38,269 nt of DNA from Clostridiales bacterium (GTDB taxonomy: Bacteria > Bacillota > Peptococcia > DRI-13 > UBA5745): contig WRMS01000001.1 in assembly GCA_009777025.1 (NCBI GenBank), forward strand, positions 1-38,269, read 5' to 3'. Under the pieces are notes generated by a model. That model was not told the origin of the DNA and ran no database searches. It worked only from the letters and a program-made list of their open reading frames with translations. This document shows, piece after piece, positions 26,966 through 34,690 of this stretch. Each line of letters starts with the position of its first letter. Within the stretch, counting starts at the first letter, position 1. The position numbers and the translations under genes were made by a program.

Positions 26966-28036
26966 ATGGATATCGCGATCACAAAAACTACAAGCCCGAA
27001 ACCCAAGCCGGACTGGAATGACCTGGGCTTCGGCGTCTACTTTTCCGACCATATGCTGCTCATGGATTATACTATGGACAAAGGTTGGCATGACGCCCGT
27101 ATTGTACCGTATGCCAACTTGTCGATGGAACCTTCTGCGATGGTGCTCCATTACGCCGTCGAAGTGTTCGAGGGATTGAAGGCTTATACCAGCCCGGATG
27201 GCAAGACCCTAATGTTCAGGCCCCATGCGAATGGACGGAGGCTGAACACCTCCGGCGCCCGCTTCTGTATGCCCCCCATCCCGGAGGAGGACTTTGTCGA
27301 AGGCGTCTGCAAGCTGATCCAGGTCGACCGCGATTGGATCCCCACAGAGGACGGCACTTCGCTGTACATCCGTCCCTTCATCTACTCCGACCAGTCGAAC
27401 GTGGGCGTGCGTATCCCGGAGATATTTAAATTCGTGGTCATCCTTTCTCCGGTGGGCGCTTACTATAAGGAAGGCCTGAATCCGGTCAAGATTTATGTGG
27501 AAGACGAATACGTCCGCGCTTCCAAGGGCGGTACCGGCTATACGAAATGCGGCGGGAACTATGCCGCGTCCCTCATCGCCCAAAAGAAAGCCCAGGACCT
27601 CGGTTTTACCCAGGTGCTGTGGCTTGATGGCGTCGAACGAAAATACATCGAAGAAGTCGGCACCATGAACGTCATGTTTAAGATCAACGGGGAACTCATT
27701 ACGCCCGAGCTAGGCGACAGCATACTGCCCGGTATCACCAGGGACAGCGTCCTGCAGCTTGTGAAAACCTGGGGCATCCCTGTCTCGGAGCGCAAAATTT
27801 CCATTGACGAACTATATGAAGCAGCAAAGAACGGCGGCTTGGAGGAGGCTTTCGGCACGGGTACCGCGGCTGTGATTTCCCCCATCGGCCTCCTGAGCAT
27901 CCATGGAGAGCCTTTGCAGATTCAGGACGGCGGCATCGGCCCCTTATCGCAGAGGCTGTACGATACCCTCACCGGCATCCAGTGGGGCAAGATCCCCGAC
28001 CCCTTCGGCTGGTCCTACAATGTGCCGATAAAGTAG
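26966..28036 (+). CDS. ilvE: branched-chain amino-acid aminotransferase
   Basis: Class-IV aminotransferase signatures (FEGLKAY, YIRPF, GGTGYTKCGGNYAAS, FGTGTAAVISPI). ATG 26966 lies 10 nt after GGAGG. The ORF-track 5' extension reads through the tandem repeat and is not credible. Confidence 0.9.
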   Translation: MDIAITKTTSPKPKPDWNDLGFGVYFSDHMLLMDYTMDKGWHDARIVPYANLSMEPSAMVLHYAVEVFEGLKAYTSPDGKTLMFRPHANGRRLNTSGARFCMPPIPEEDFVEGVCKLIQVDRDWIPTEDGTSLYIRPFIYSDQSNVGVRIPEIFKFVVILSPVGAYYKEGLNPVKIYVEDEYVRASKGGTGYTKCGGNYAASLIAQKKAQDLGFTQVLWLDGVERKYIEEVGTMNVMFKINGELITPELGDSILPGITRDSVLQLVKTWGIPVSERKISIDELYEAAKNGGLEEAFGTGTAAVISPIGLLSIHGEPLQIQDGGIGPLSQRLYDTLTGIQWGKIPDPFGWSYNVPIK

Positions 28037-28044
28037 GGCGCTGT

Positions 28045-29700
28045 TCAGCGGCCCCTGTAATGCTGATAAAGCAGCAGCACATCCTGCAAATTGACCAAGC
28101 CGTCCCTGTTGACGTCGGCGGCAACCAAATCCACTCCGACTAAACTGCTTTTTCCTCGGAAATGCCTATAGAGGAGCAGCACATCCAGCATATTGATCAC
28201 GCCGTCATGGTTTAGGTCAGGAAATTCTCCGGGCTGTGTATCCGTATCTGTATCCAGGCTATACCACAATCCCATTCCGGAGCATAATGGATTTGTAGGC
28301 ATGTAGCGCTCGTCGAGGGCCGGGTCCGCTTCAAGCGAGTCGTTATCCCCGCCGATATGGGATTGCCATGCGGAAAGCCCCGCGTCCTCCAATGTGCTGT
28401 CTGGCCGGCGGTCAGAAAAAGACGCGCTTTTGCCGGCAATATAGTAACAGTTATTGTTCATCAAGGGGTTGCCATCGAGGGCGGACAAGCCGCCAAGCGC
28501 AGTGGCATAACGCACTTCCACCATCGGACGGGTGACGGATGAGGGCTGGCTAATGATATTGTGGTGAATATGCGGGTTGACGTTTGCCGGGCGGCCCGCG
28601 TAATCTTCCCAATCCTGGAACGTGATGCCGAAGTAAATGGCGCTGTGATCGGTTTCGTTCGCTACGTTCACTAAAGTATTGTTGTAAACTTGGGCATCCT
28701 TCGAGGCATATAGGCCAATACCGGAGAGACCGGTATCCATAATCAAGTTGTTTCGAACAATACCGCTGATATTCTCGTAGTATTCCGGATTGACGACTAA
28801 GTCAAAAAATTCCGGACTGGTATCAAAACCCACCAGAATGCCGGCTTCTCTTGCACGTTCGATTCGGTTGTTTTCGATTAAGACGCCGGTCGCCCCGCCT
28901 TTTGCGTAAATCGCCGTGGAACAGACATCATGGATGAAGTTGTTCTGTACCACCATAGAATCGCCGTTCACATTGTCAATGCCTTCGGCATTCCCTCCTT
29001 CAGCGCCAAAAGCGACGCCGGAATTATAAATTTCGTTATACCGGATTGTCACGTTATTGCAATTTGGTTTCACCTTGACCACATCGTAGCGGGAATCATG
29101 CAGCAGGCAGTCCTCGATGACAATATTGGACGCCCCGCTTCGATTGGATGGGTCTCCCCAATCCCATCTGGTCTCCAAGCAAACTGCATAAAAGCCGCCT
29201 ATGACTTCGACCGCTTGTAATTTACCACCGGATGAATCCACATCGAAATATACGCCGGAGTCTTCGTTGGCGCCGGCATTGTAAGTGGTCAGGTCAATCA
29301 CTGCCCATTCGCCTTTTCTGGACTTTATCGTGATATTGGGGATGCGGACACGGACATTAATTCCTTCGCGATAGACGCCGTTGCGCAGGATAATTGTATC
29401 GCCGGGCTGAGCAGCCGCCAAAGCGCTGTTGATGCTTTTATAAGGCGCGTCAATAGAACCAGTCGCTGTACTATCATTGCCGCCAGGAGAAACATAGACG
29501 CCATTTGCAGGGTCGTCATAGGTATTGCCGCGTGGACCGATATTGCCGGTTGCGAACGGCATGATCGGCGCGCTGTCGCCTTCTATTGCCGGTATATAAG
29601 CCTCCGCTGCGAAAGCCGCTGCCGGTATCGCAGCAAGCAATCCCAACACCATCATCACCGTCTGCCCTATTGCCAGTGTTTTGTATATTCCTCTTTTCAT
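28045..29700 (-). CDS. secreted right-handed beta-helix protein with a C-terminal type-I dockerin
   Basis: Signal peptide; many NN/IxDN beta-helix-type repeats; two dockerin Ca-binding segments (DLNHDGVINMLDVLLLYRHF, DVNRDGLVNLQDVLLLYQHY). ATG 29700 follows GGAGGGTGA. Confidence 0.85.
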   Translation of the reverse strand: MKRGIYKTLAIGQTVMMVLGLLAAIPAAAFAAEAYIPAIEGDSAPIMPFATGNIGPRGNTYDDPANGVYVSPGGNDSTATGSIDAPYKSINSALAAAQPGDTIILRNGVYREGINVRVRIPNITIKSRKGEWAVIDLTTYNAGANEDSGVYFDVDSSGGKLQAVEVIGGFYAVCLETRWDWGDPSNRSGASNIVIEDCLLHDSRYDVVKVKPNCNNVTIRYNEIYNSGVAFGAEGGNAEGIDNVNGDSMVVQNNFIHDVCSTAIYAKGGATGVLIENNRIERAREAGILVGFDTSPEFFDLVVNPEYYENISGIVRNNLIMDTGLSGIGLYASKDAQVYNNTLVNVANETDHSAIYFGITFQDWEDYAGRPANVNPHIHHNIISQPSSVTRPMVEVRYATALGGLSALDGNPLMNNNCYYIAGKSASFSDRRPDSTLEDAGLSAWQSHIGGDNDSLEADPALDERYMPTNPLCSGMGLWYSLDTDTDTQPGEFPDLNHDGVINMLDVLLLYRHFRGKSSLVGVDLVAADVNRDGLVNLQDVLLLYQHYRGR

Positions 29701-29942
29701 TGTTCACCCTCCTCTGCGGCGCCCTAAACAGTGCCTGTTTTGCACGATGGGGATTGGCCGCTTTCCCGCTCCGTACCGGTGTTGTAATGCACATTGCTGT
29801 CATTTTCAAGAATTGAGTAAACTATATCATTTTTGTGCAGCGGATGGCAATGCCTCTGGCAAATACGGCAGGCGCCGTTAGAAGCATTGCTGAAAGATAA
29901 CAACGTGGATATACATGCATTCTCCACATTTGAAGAAGTAAA

Positions 29943-29968
29943 GCAAAGAAGTAAAGCAATTCGTTGAT
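29943..29968. repeat. 13-nt perfect tandem duplication upstream of the GNAT/methyltransferase gene
   Basis: agaagtaaagcaa x2, located 22 nt upstream of the ATG at 29990. Confidence 0.7.
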
Positions 29969-29989
29969 GAAAAACGAGGAGTAGCTATA

Positions 29990-31213
29990 ATGGAGCGAAT
30001 CGAAACCAAACGTTTGATCCTGCGCCCTTTTGTGGAATCCGACGCGGCGGACGCCAGTTATAATAGCAAAACACCTATTGTTTCACATTTTATGCCGGAT
30101 ATGGTATGGGAAAGCGAAGAAGCGGCCCTCGACTGGATACGATGGCTCAACAACGATAGGTTTAGCATCGATATTCCCTGTGTTGTTTTAGCGATCGAGT
30201 CAAAACATAGCGGAAAATGCATCGGTTTAGTCGGCGTTGCCCCGAAGCGGGAATTAGGCGGCGAAATTGAAATTTTGTTTTCAATCGCCGATGCGTACCA
30301 AGGCTGCGGTTACGCTACGGAGGCAGGCAAGGCGATGATTTGGTGGGCGTTTGAACAAGCCGGGCAGGAAGTAGTATCGGCCATCGTAAAGCCGGAAAAC
30401 AAAGCGTCCCGGCGCGTCATTGAAAAGCTCGGATTTGTCTACGGCGATACGCGAATATTGCCGTATAACGGTGCAGACTGTGCGTTTGACTATTTCCGCC
30501 TGTACCACACCGATGATCTACCCAACCCGGAATGGGATATGCATACCCTTAATGAACCAGAACCAATGGGGGCGTTTTTTGATGTCCGTTCTGATGGATA
30601 TAATGACAAAATGCTATCAGGAAGCGGGCTTGAAGATTACATGAAACTCGGAGCATGTTTTCCCAAAACAGATAAGGTATTGAATATACTCGACATCGGG
30701 TGCGGAACGGGAATAGAGCTTGACTACATATGGGCGCAAGTTCCGAATGCGCACATTACCTGTGTCGATGTGTCACGTAGTATGCTTGAGCTGCTGTTGA
30801 ATGACCATCCCGACAGGCACGATAAGATAACAATAATAGAGACATCCTATCTAGATTGGACCTATCCCCAAAGTGCTTTTGATATTGTTGTTTCCAACAT
30901 GACAATGCACCATTTATGGCCGGATGAGAAAACCGGGGTTTATAGAAAACTCCGCGAAACGATAAAGCCGGATGGCTGCTATATCGAGGGCGATTTCATG
31001 GTGGACGCCCATATGGTCAAGCAGTACCGGCAGAGATACGAAATAATAACCGCAAATTTACCGGACAAGGCAGCACCGGGAGAATACCATATCGATATAC
31101 CATGCACCATTGAAACACAAATGGAACTTCTGCGAAATGCCGGATTTGGCTTTGTTGAAGTTCTATGCGAAATTAACCGTGGCAATGGCGCAATACTACA
31201 AGCGAAAAAGTGA
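29990..31213 (+). CDS. GNAT (RimJ/RimL-like) N-acetyltransferase fused to a class-I SAM methyltransferase
   Basis: N-terminal half ETKRLILRPF...QGCGYATEAGKAMIWWAF. C-terminal half ILDIGCGTGIELD (SAM motif I) ...VVSNMTMHHL...IKPDGCYIEGDF. Confidence 0.8.
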   Translation: MERIETKRLILRPFVESDAADASYNSKTPIVSHFMPDMVWESEEAALDWIRWLNNDRFSIDIPCVVLAIESKHSGKCIGLVGVAPKRELGGEIEILFSIADAYQGCGYATEAGKAMIWWAFEQAGQEVVSAIVKPENKASRRVIEKLGFVYGDTRILPYNGADCAFDYFRLYHTDDLPNPEWDMHTLNEPEPMGAFFDVRSDGYNDKMLSGSGLEDYMKLGACFPKTDKVLNILDIGCGTGIELDYIWAQVPNAHITCVDVSRSMLELLLNDHPDRHDKITIIETSYLDWTYPQSAFDIVVSNMTMHHLWPDEKTGVYRKLRETIKPDGCYIEGDFMVDAHMVKQYRQRYEIITANLPDKAAPGEYHIDIPCTIETQMELLRNAGFGFVEVLCEINRGNGAILQAKK

Positions 31214-31269
31214 GGGAACTACCTGGCTATGCCATATCATCGACTTTAAGGCTATAAGCTGCAATTTCA

Positions 31270-31986
31270 TTATAATCCACTATTGTGCTGAACCTTCAAT
31301 AACTCCAAAAAATCATTAAACAAAAAAGTCATTTTATCTATGGATTTATATGTGTGGAAATGGGCGCAGTACCAACTCGAGTAAGTTAATTTATCTTCTA
31401 CAGCGTCTAACCACTCCTCGGTGCTGTTGTCAACAGACGCCTGATTGATCGATGGCAAAAAAACTTCCCTCGGGATATACCTATACGGGCAAGTGTGGGA
31501 CAAGACGATGTCCACTTTCCATCCCTCTTCTTCGAGTCGCGCCTCCACGCGATCCTTAATAACATTCGATGGCTGTTCGTCCGGCCACCAGTTCATGCCT
31601 CTGCGCAGCCTGTAGTATTTATCCACGCTGTACGCACCGCCGATGACGATGCAGCGGTTACCTTCCAAATTATAGACTTCACCGTCTCTAGCAAACAGTA
31701 GATTCGGAAACTCTGGCTCCCAATATACCGCCCCGCCGCACCATTCGATTTCCTCGTAGGTATCGATGTTCTCTGGCCGTATCTCGTGGTTGCCATGTAG
31801 GCATAGCAGTGTGATAGGCATCTTGCTGAGCTGCTCTTTCAATGCCCGGTCTTCGGGTTCACCATAATAATTAATCCCTGCATCGCCAAGAATGATGAGC
31901 ACATCATCTGTCGTACTGCCGGTAATCAAGCATAAGTCTTTAACCCGAGTAAAGTTCCTATGCGTATCCCCTGTTATATAGATCAT
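31270..31986 (-). CDS. calcineurin-like metallophosphoesterase
   Basis: Motifs ITGDTH, ILGDAG, LHGNHE, LSHT and AHFH. ATG 31986 overlaps the stop of the 60-aa ORF (ATGA). Confidence 0.8.
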   Translation of the reverse strand: MIYITGDTHRNFTRVKDLCLITGSTTDDVLIILGDAGINYYGEPEDRALKEQLSKMPITLLCLHGNHEIRPENIDTYEEIEWCGGAVYWEPEFPNLLFARDGEVYNLEGNRCIVIGGAYSVDKYYRLRRGMNWWPDEQPSNVIKDRVEARLEEEGWKVDIVLSHTCPYRYIPREVFLPSINQASVDNSTEEWLDAVEDKLTYSSWYCAHFHTYKSIDKMTFLFNDFLELLKVQHNSGL

Positions 31987-32165
31987 TTGTAGTATTCCTT
32001 TTTGAACGTATCTATAAAATTCTCCCAACCGTCAATGTCAATGAAAATCCTATTATCTTGGATGGCGACTTGCGTGTTATCTTGTGTGGCCGTACCATGC
32101 AAGTCGTAATTCATGTTATAGAAAATTACATGGAAAGCTGTCGCTGTGGAGCGGAATTTTGACAT
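31983..32165 (-). CDS. hypothetical 60-aa protein
   Basis: Fills the gap between two genes exactly: a 16-nt gap upstream and an ATGA overlap downstream, which argues for translation. No recognisable motif. Confidence 0.5.
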   Translation of the reverse strand: MSKFRSTATAFHVIFYNMNYDLHGTATQDNTQVAIQDNRIFIDIDGWENFIDTFKKEYYK

Positions 32166-32181
32166 TACTAAACATCCGGCT

Positions 32182-33726
32182 TCATTCCCCTCTCCATGAT
32201 GAATAGGATTTCTCCATCAGTTTTCTATACTTTTCATTGTTTTTATTTCGTGTGCCGAAAAATTCATCTATGCGCTTAATCGTAGGGTCATACCAATCTG
32301 CTTTCTGTTTAGCCCATTCAATCCATTGCATTTCATTTTCTGTTAAGCTAGCTTTTTTCTCCATTACTGATATATATGCTCTGATTTTACACGCGATATC
32401 GAAATCATCCGATTCATTAACAAGCGCATTGGTTTTTTCCACTTCAAGATTGTATCGATTGCGTTGGTCTTCTCTATGACGTTTTTCTTCCAAGCGCTTG
32501 AGTTCTGCGGCTTCCCGTTCTTCCCGTTGTATACGGTATTCATTTGACGCTTCATAGATAAAAATGAGTATATCTCCTAGACGTTCTTCAATGACATGGG
32601 ATTTGCTGTCACGAAGACTTTTTATATTGCCCACTGAGAAAGAGATCTTTCCATTATAAATATAGTCATATTTTCTAATGTTTGGCTGGGATGCCCATGA
32701 ATTCCTTCGTTTTTTCTCTTCATATTCTAAAAGCTGTATGTTTTCTTCCCTCGTTGGAATATGATCAATTTTATCTTTTGACTCCGAAACAGATATAGGT
32801 ACCGTTTCCCCTAGGAGAACGAATTTAAGGTCGTCTGTTAATGAACAACCTAAAGGCTCCATAGCTTTTATAAGAGCGTCAAAAATACGGCATACACGCG
32901 GTAATGAGCTTTCAGATATAGTATCTGCAAGAAATGGTGCTGTGTCTTCATTTGTTCCGAATCTTCGCTGATTTCGTTCCCGGCTTTCCTTTTTGTGCCA
33001 CTCAACTACGTTCTTCCTATGGACGATGATCTTTGCATGCATTTTGGCATTATCATCGGGCAGTCTTATTTGCATTGCTACGGAGAGTACCACAGATTTA
33101 TCCTCTACTGATAAGTAATTAAGCAATTCTTTTACAACTTGTGGCTGCGGTTCGAGATTTGTCCGTATTCCCATTTTTGAAGCAGGTTTATTGCTGTTGG
33201 GTAAGGGAGTTTGCTTTGTCGGTTTGCCTGCCTTGACTTTTGCCCAGTATCCAACGTCAGGTGTAGGAATATCCAGAGACTTACATATCTTGTGTATAGT
33301 GACATCCGAGACCATATATTGCTGTGCAACCTCAACAACCGGTTTTTCCCATACTTCTTGATATAGTTTTTCTCTGTAATATATGTTATAAATTTGTCCA
33401 TATTGCTCAATAGTTTCTACAGGATCTGCGTTTTCATCTATCGTCGGATTCTGCTGATTGTTGTCTGGCATTATGGACTCAATTGTTTTATAAATCGAAA
33501 TCATAGTGTCCGCAGGACCATCCAGCGGAATGATCTCAACGGGTTTACCAAAAGCAAGTTTTGTCCAATAACCGGTAGGTGGAATGGGGATATTGGCTGT
33601 TCTAACTTGCTTTAGTAATTGCGTATAGGGGATATCATATTCTTTTGCGACAGAAGAAGCCGACTTATCCCATATTTTTTCATAGAGTTCTTTCCGGGAA
33701 AGTGTCCCTACTAAAATGTCAACCAA
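32182..33726 (-). CDS. large uncharacterised protein: two tandem HTH-like/GYW modules plus a coiled-coil tail
   Basis: TTG 33726 lies 8 nt after AAGGAGG. The ORF-track GTG at 33771 has no RBS, and the frame stays open up to 34038 without any ATG/GTG/TTG. Internal repeats are ...LYEKIWDKS..IPIPPTGYWTKLAFGKP and ...LYQEVWEKP..IPTPDVGYWAKVKAGKP. Confidence 0.7.
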   Translation of the reverse strand: MVDILVGTLSRKELYEKIWDKSASSVAKEYDIPYTQLLKQVRTANIPIPPTGYWTKLAFGKPVEIIPLDGPADTMISIYKTIESIMPDNNQQNPTIDENADPVETIEQYGQIYNIYYREKLYQEVWEKPVVEVAQQYMVSDVTIHKICKSLDIPTPDVGYWAKVKAGKPTKQTPLPNSNKPASKMGIRTNLEPQPQVVKELLNYLSVEDKSVVLSVAMQIRLPDDNAKMHAKIIVHRKNVVEWHKKESRERNQRRFGTNEDTAPFLADTISESSLPRVCRIFDALIKAMEPLGCSLTDDLKFVLLGETVPISVSESKDKIDHIPTREENIQLLEYEEKKRRNSWASQPNIRKYDYIYNGKISFSVGNIKSLRDSKSHVIEERLGDILIFIYEASNEYRIQREEREAAELKRLEEKRHREDQRNRYNLEVEKTNALVNESDDFDIACKIRAYISVMEKKASLTENEMQWIEWAKQKADWYDPTIKRIDEFFGTRNKNNEKYRKLMEKSYSSWRGE

Positions 33727-34001
33727 TTCACCCGCCTCCTTAGCATAAGGGTCTGGCACTGCATTTGTCACTATCTTTGCGCTATTTCCGCAAGTATTAA
33801 GCAGCTTTTTCAGTAGTTTGGAAGGTGACTTTTTTCGCGATTCAGAAGAAACATTTTTCTCATTCTCATCGGTATTACCCTTTTGTTTCGGCTCAATACT
33901 ATTAGCTTCATTTTCTATCGAGGTATCCTTGTCTGATAAACCAAAAATAATATTAGATCCGGAGATTAATGTCTGAAACTGCTTTATCCCTCCTATTCCT
34001 C

Positions 34002-34319
34002 TTATTCTTTTAATAGAAAAAGCAAGTCTCGCTTCATTTCATCAAACTGTTTGATAATCATTGACAAATTATTGTCAATCGATTCAATCTGTAACTCATT
34101 GATTTTACCGTGATTGTAAGCAATAAGGCGCTCTGGAACGATGGCATAAGTCCAACTGTCTCTGTAGCGATCTTCATTATGAACGGCAAAGCCGATTGGC
34201 AGCAAATTATTTCGCATGCCAAGGGTTAGGATATTGGGAGAAATGCCGAGATAATCGGCAGCAACTTTGATCGTTATTTTCGGAAAATTACGAATTTCAT
34301 CGTCTGAATAGATTCCCAT
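34002..34319 (-). CDS. small HTH DNA-binding protein (105 aa)
   Basis: ATG 34319 lies 5 nt after AAGGAGGTGA. ITIKVAADYLGISPNILTLGMRNN reads as a helix-turn-helix. Confidence 0.7.
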   Translation of the reverse strand: MGIYSDDEIRNFPKITIKVAADYLGISPNILTLGMRNNLLPIGFAVHNEDRYRDSWTYAIVPERLIAYNHGKINELQIESIDNNLSMIIKQFDEMKRDLLFLLKE

Positions 34320-34448
34320 ACGATTCACCTCCTTTTGATAGAAAATGTGAATTGTCAAATATACACGACCTACACTTCAAACTGCCTGCCGAGCTGTATT
34401 TTATCATAATCAGAAGATATATGCGTTGGTTTCATATCGTAAACCAAA

Positions 34449-34484
34449 CAAAAAAAGGTGGCTGATATAGCCACTCGCTTTTTT
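34449..34484 (-). terminator. bidirectional intrinsic terminator (stronger on the minus strand)
   Basis: Stem gtggct/agccac (34458-34463 and 34469-34474) with a 5-nt loop. It is flanked by A8 (34449-34456) and, 4 nt after the stem, T6 (34479-34484). On the minus strand the stem runs almost directly into a U8 tract. Confidence 0.6.
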
Positions 34485-34566
34485 CATACAAAGGACTGAG
34501 GCAGGGCGACACTCCCGCATCTCCAACAAGGGTGACGGCTGCCTGTTCCGTCCTCTCAATCCCTGT
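34449..34566 (-). ncRNA. candidate roughly 115-nt sRNA or terminator-containing leader of the AT-rich operon
   Basis: On the minus strand: TTGACA (34601-34596), a 17-nt spacer, then TACAGT (34578-34573). About 115 nt with no ORF follow, containing stems gacgg/ccgtc and aggcag/ctgcct, and then the terminator above. Confidence 0.3.
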
Positions 34567-34635
34567 AGTTCAACTGTATGCTCATTTTGCTGCTATGTCA
34601 ATGGATGGAGATTTCCTTTTGCAACCATTTGTGTT

Positions 34636-34679
34636 GCCCCTATCACTACTACTAAAAACGATTTGGTAGTGATAGGGGC
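34636..34679. repeat. perfect 14-bp inverted repeat / hairpin
   Basis: gcccctatcactac (34636-34649) and gtagtgataggggc (34666-34679) separated by 16 nt. Confidence 0.8.
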
Positions 34680-34690
34680 CTTTGTAATTC

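Noticed and set aside
31258-31279. Possible imperfect direct repeat flanking the AT-rich operon (gctgcaatttcattataatcca, compared with gctgtattttatcataatcaga at 34393-34414).
   Set aside because: Only about 17/22 match, and that needs a gap. Both are AT-rich, promoter-like (ATAAT) sequence, and the left copy overlaps the phosphoesterase stop codon. This is not distinguishable from chance.
34501-34529. tRNA/tmRNA 3'-end-like string (..actcccgcatctccaaca) that might mark an island integration site.
   Set aside because: There is no T-loop consensus, no acceptor-stem partner and no cloverleaf. The resemblance is limited to a few bases.
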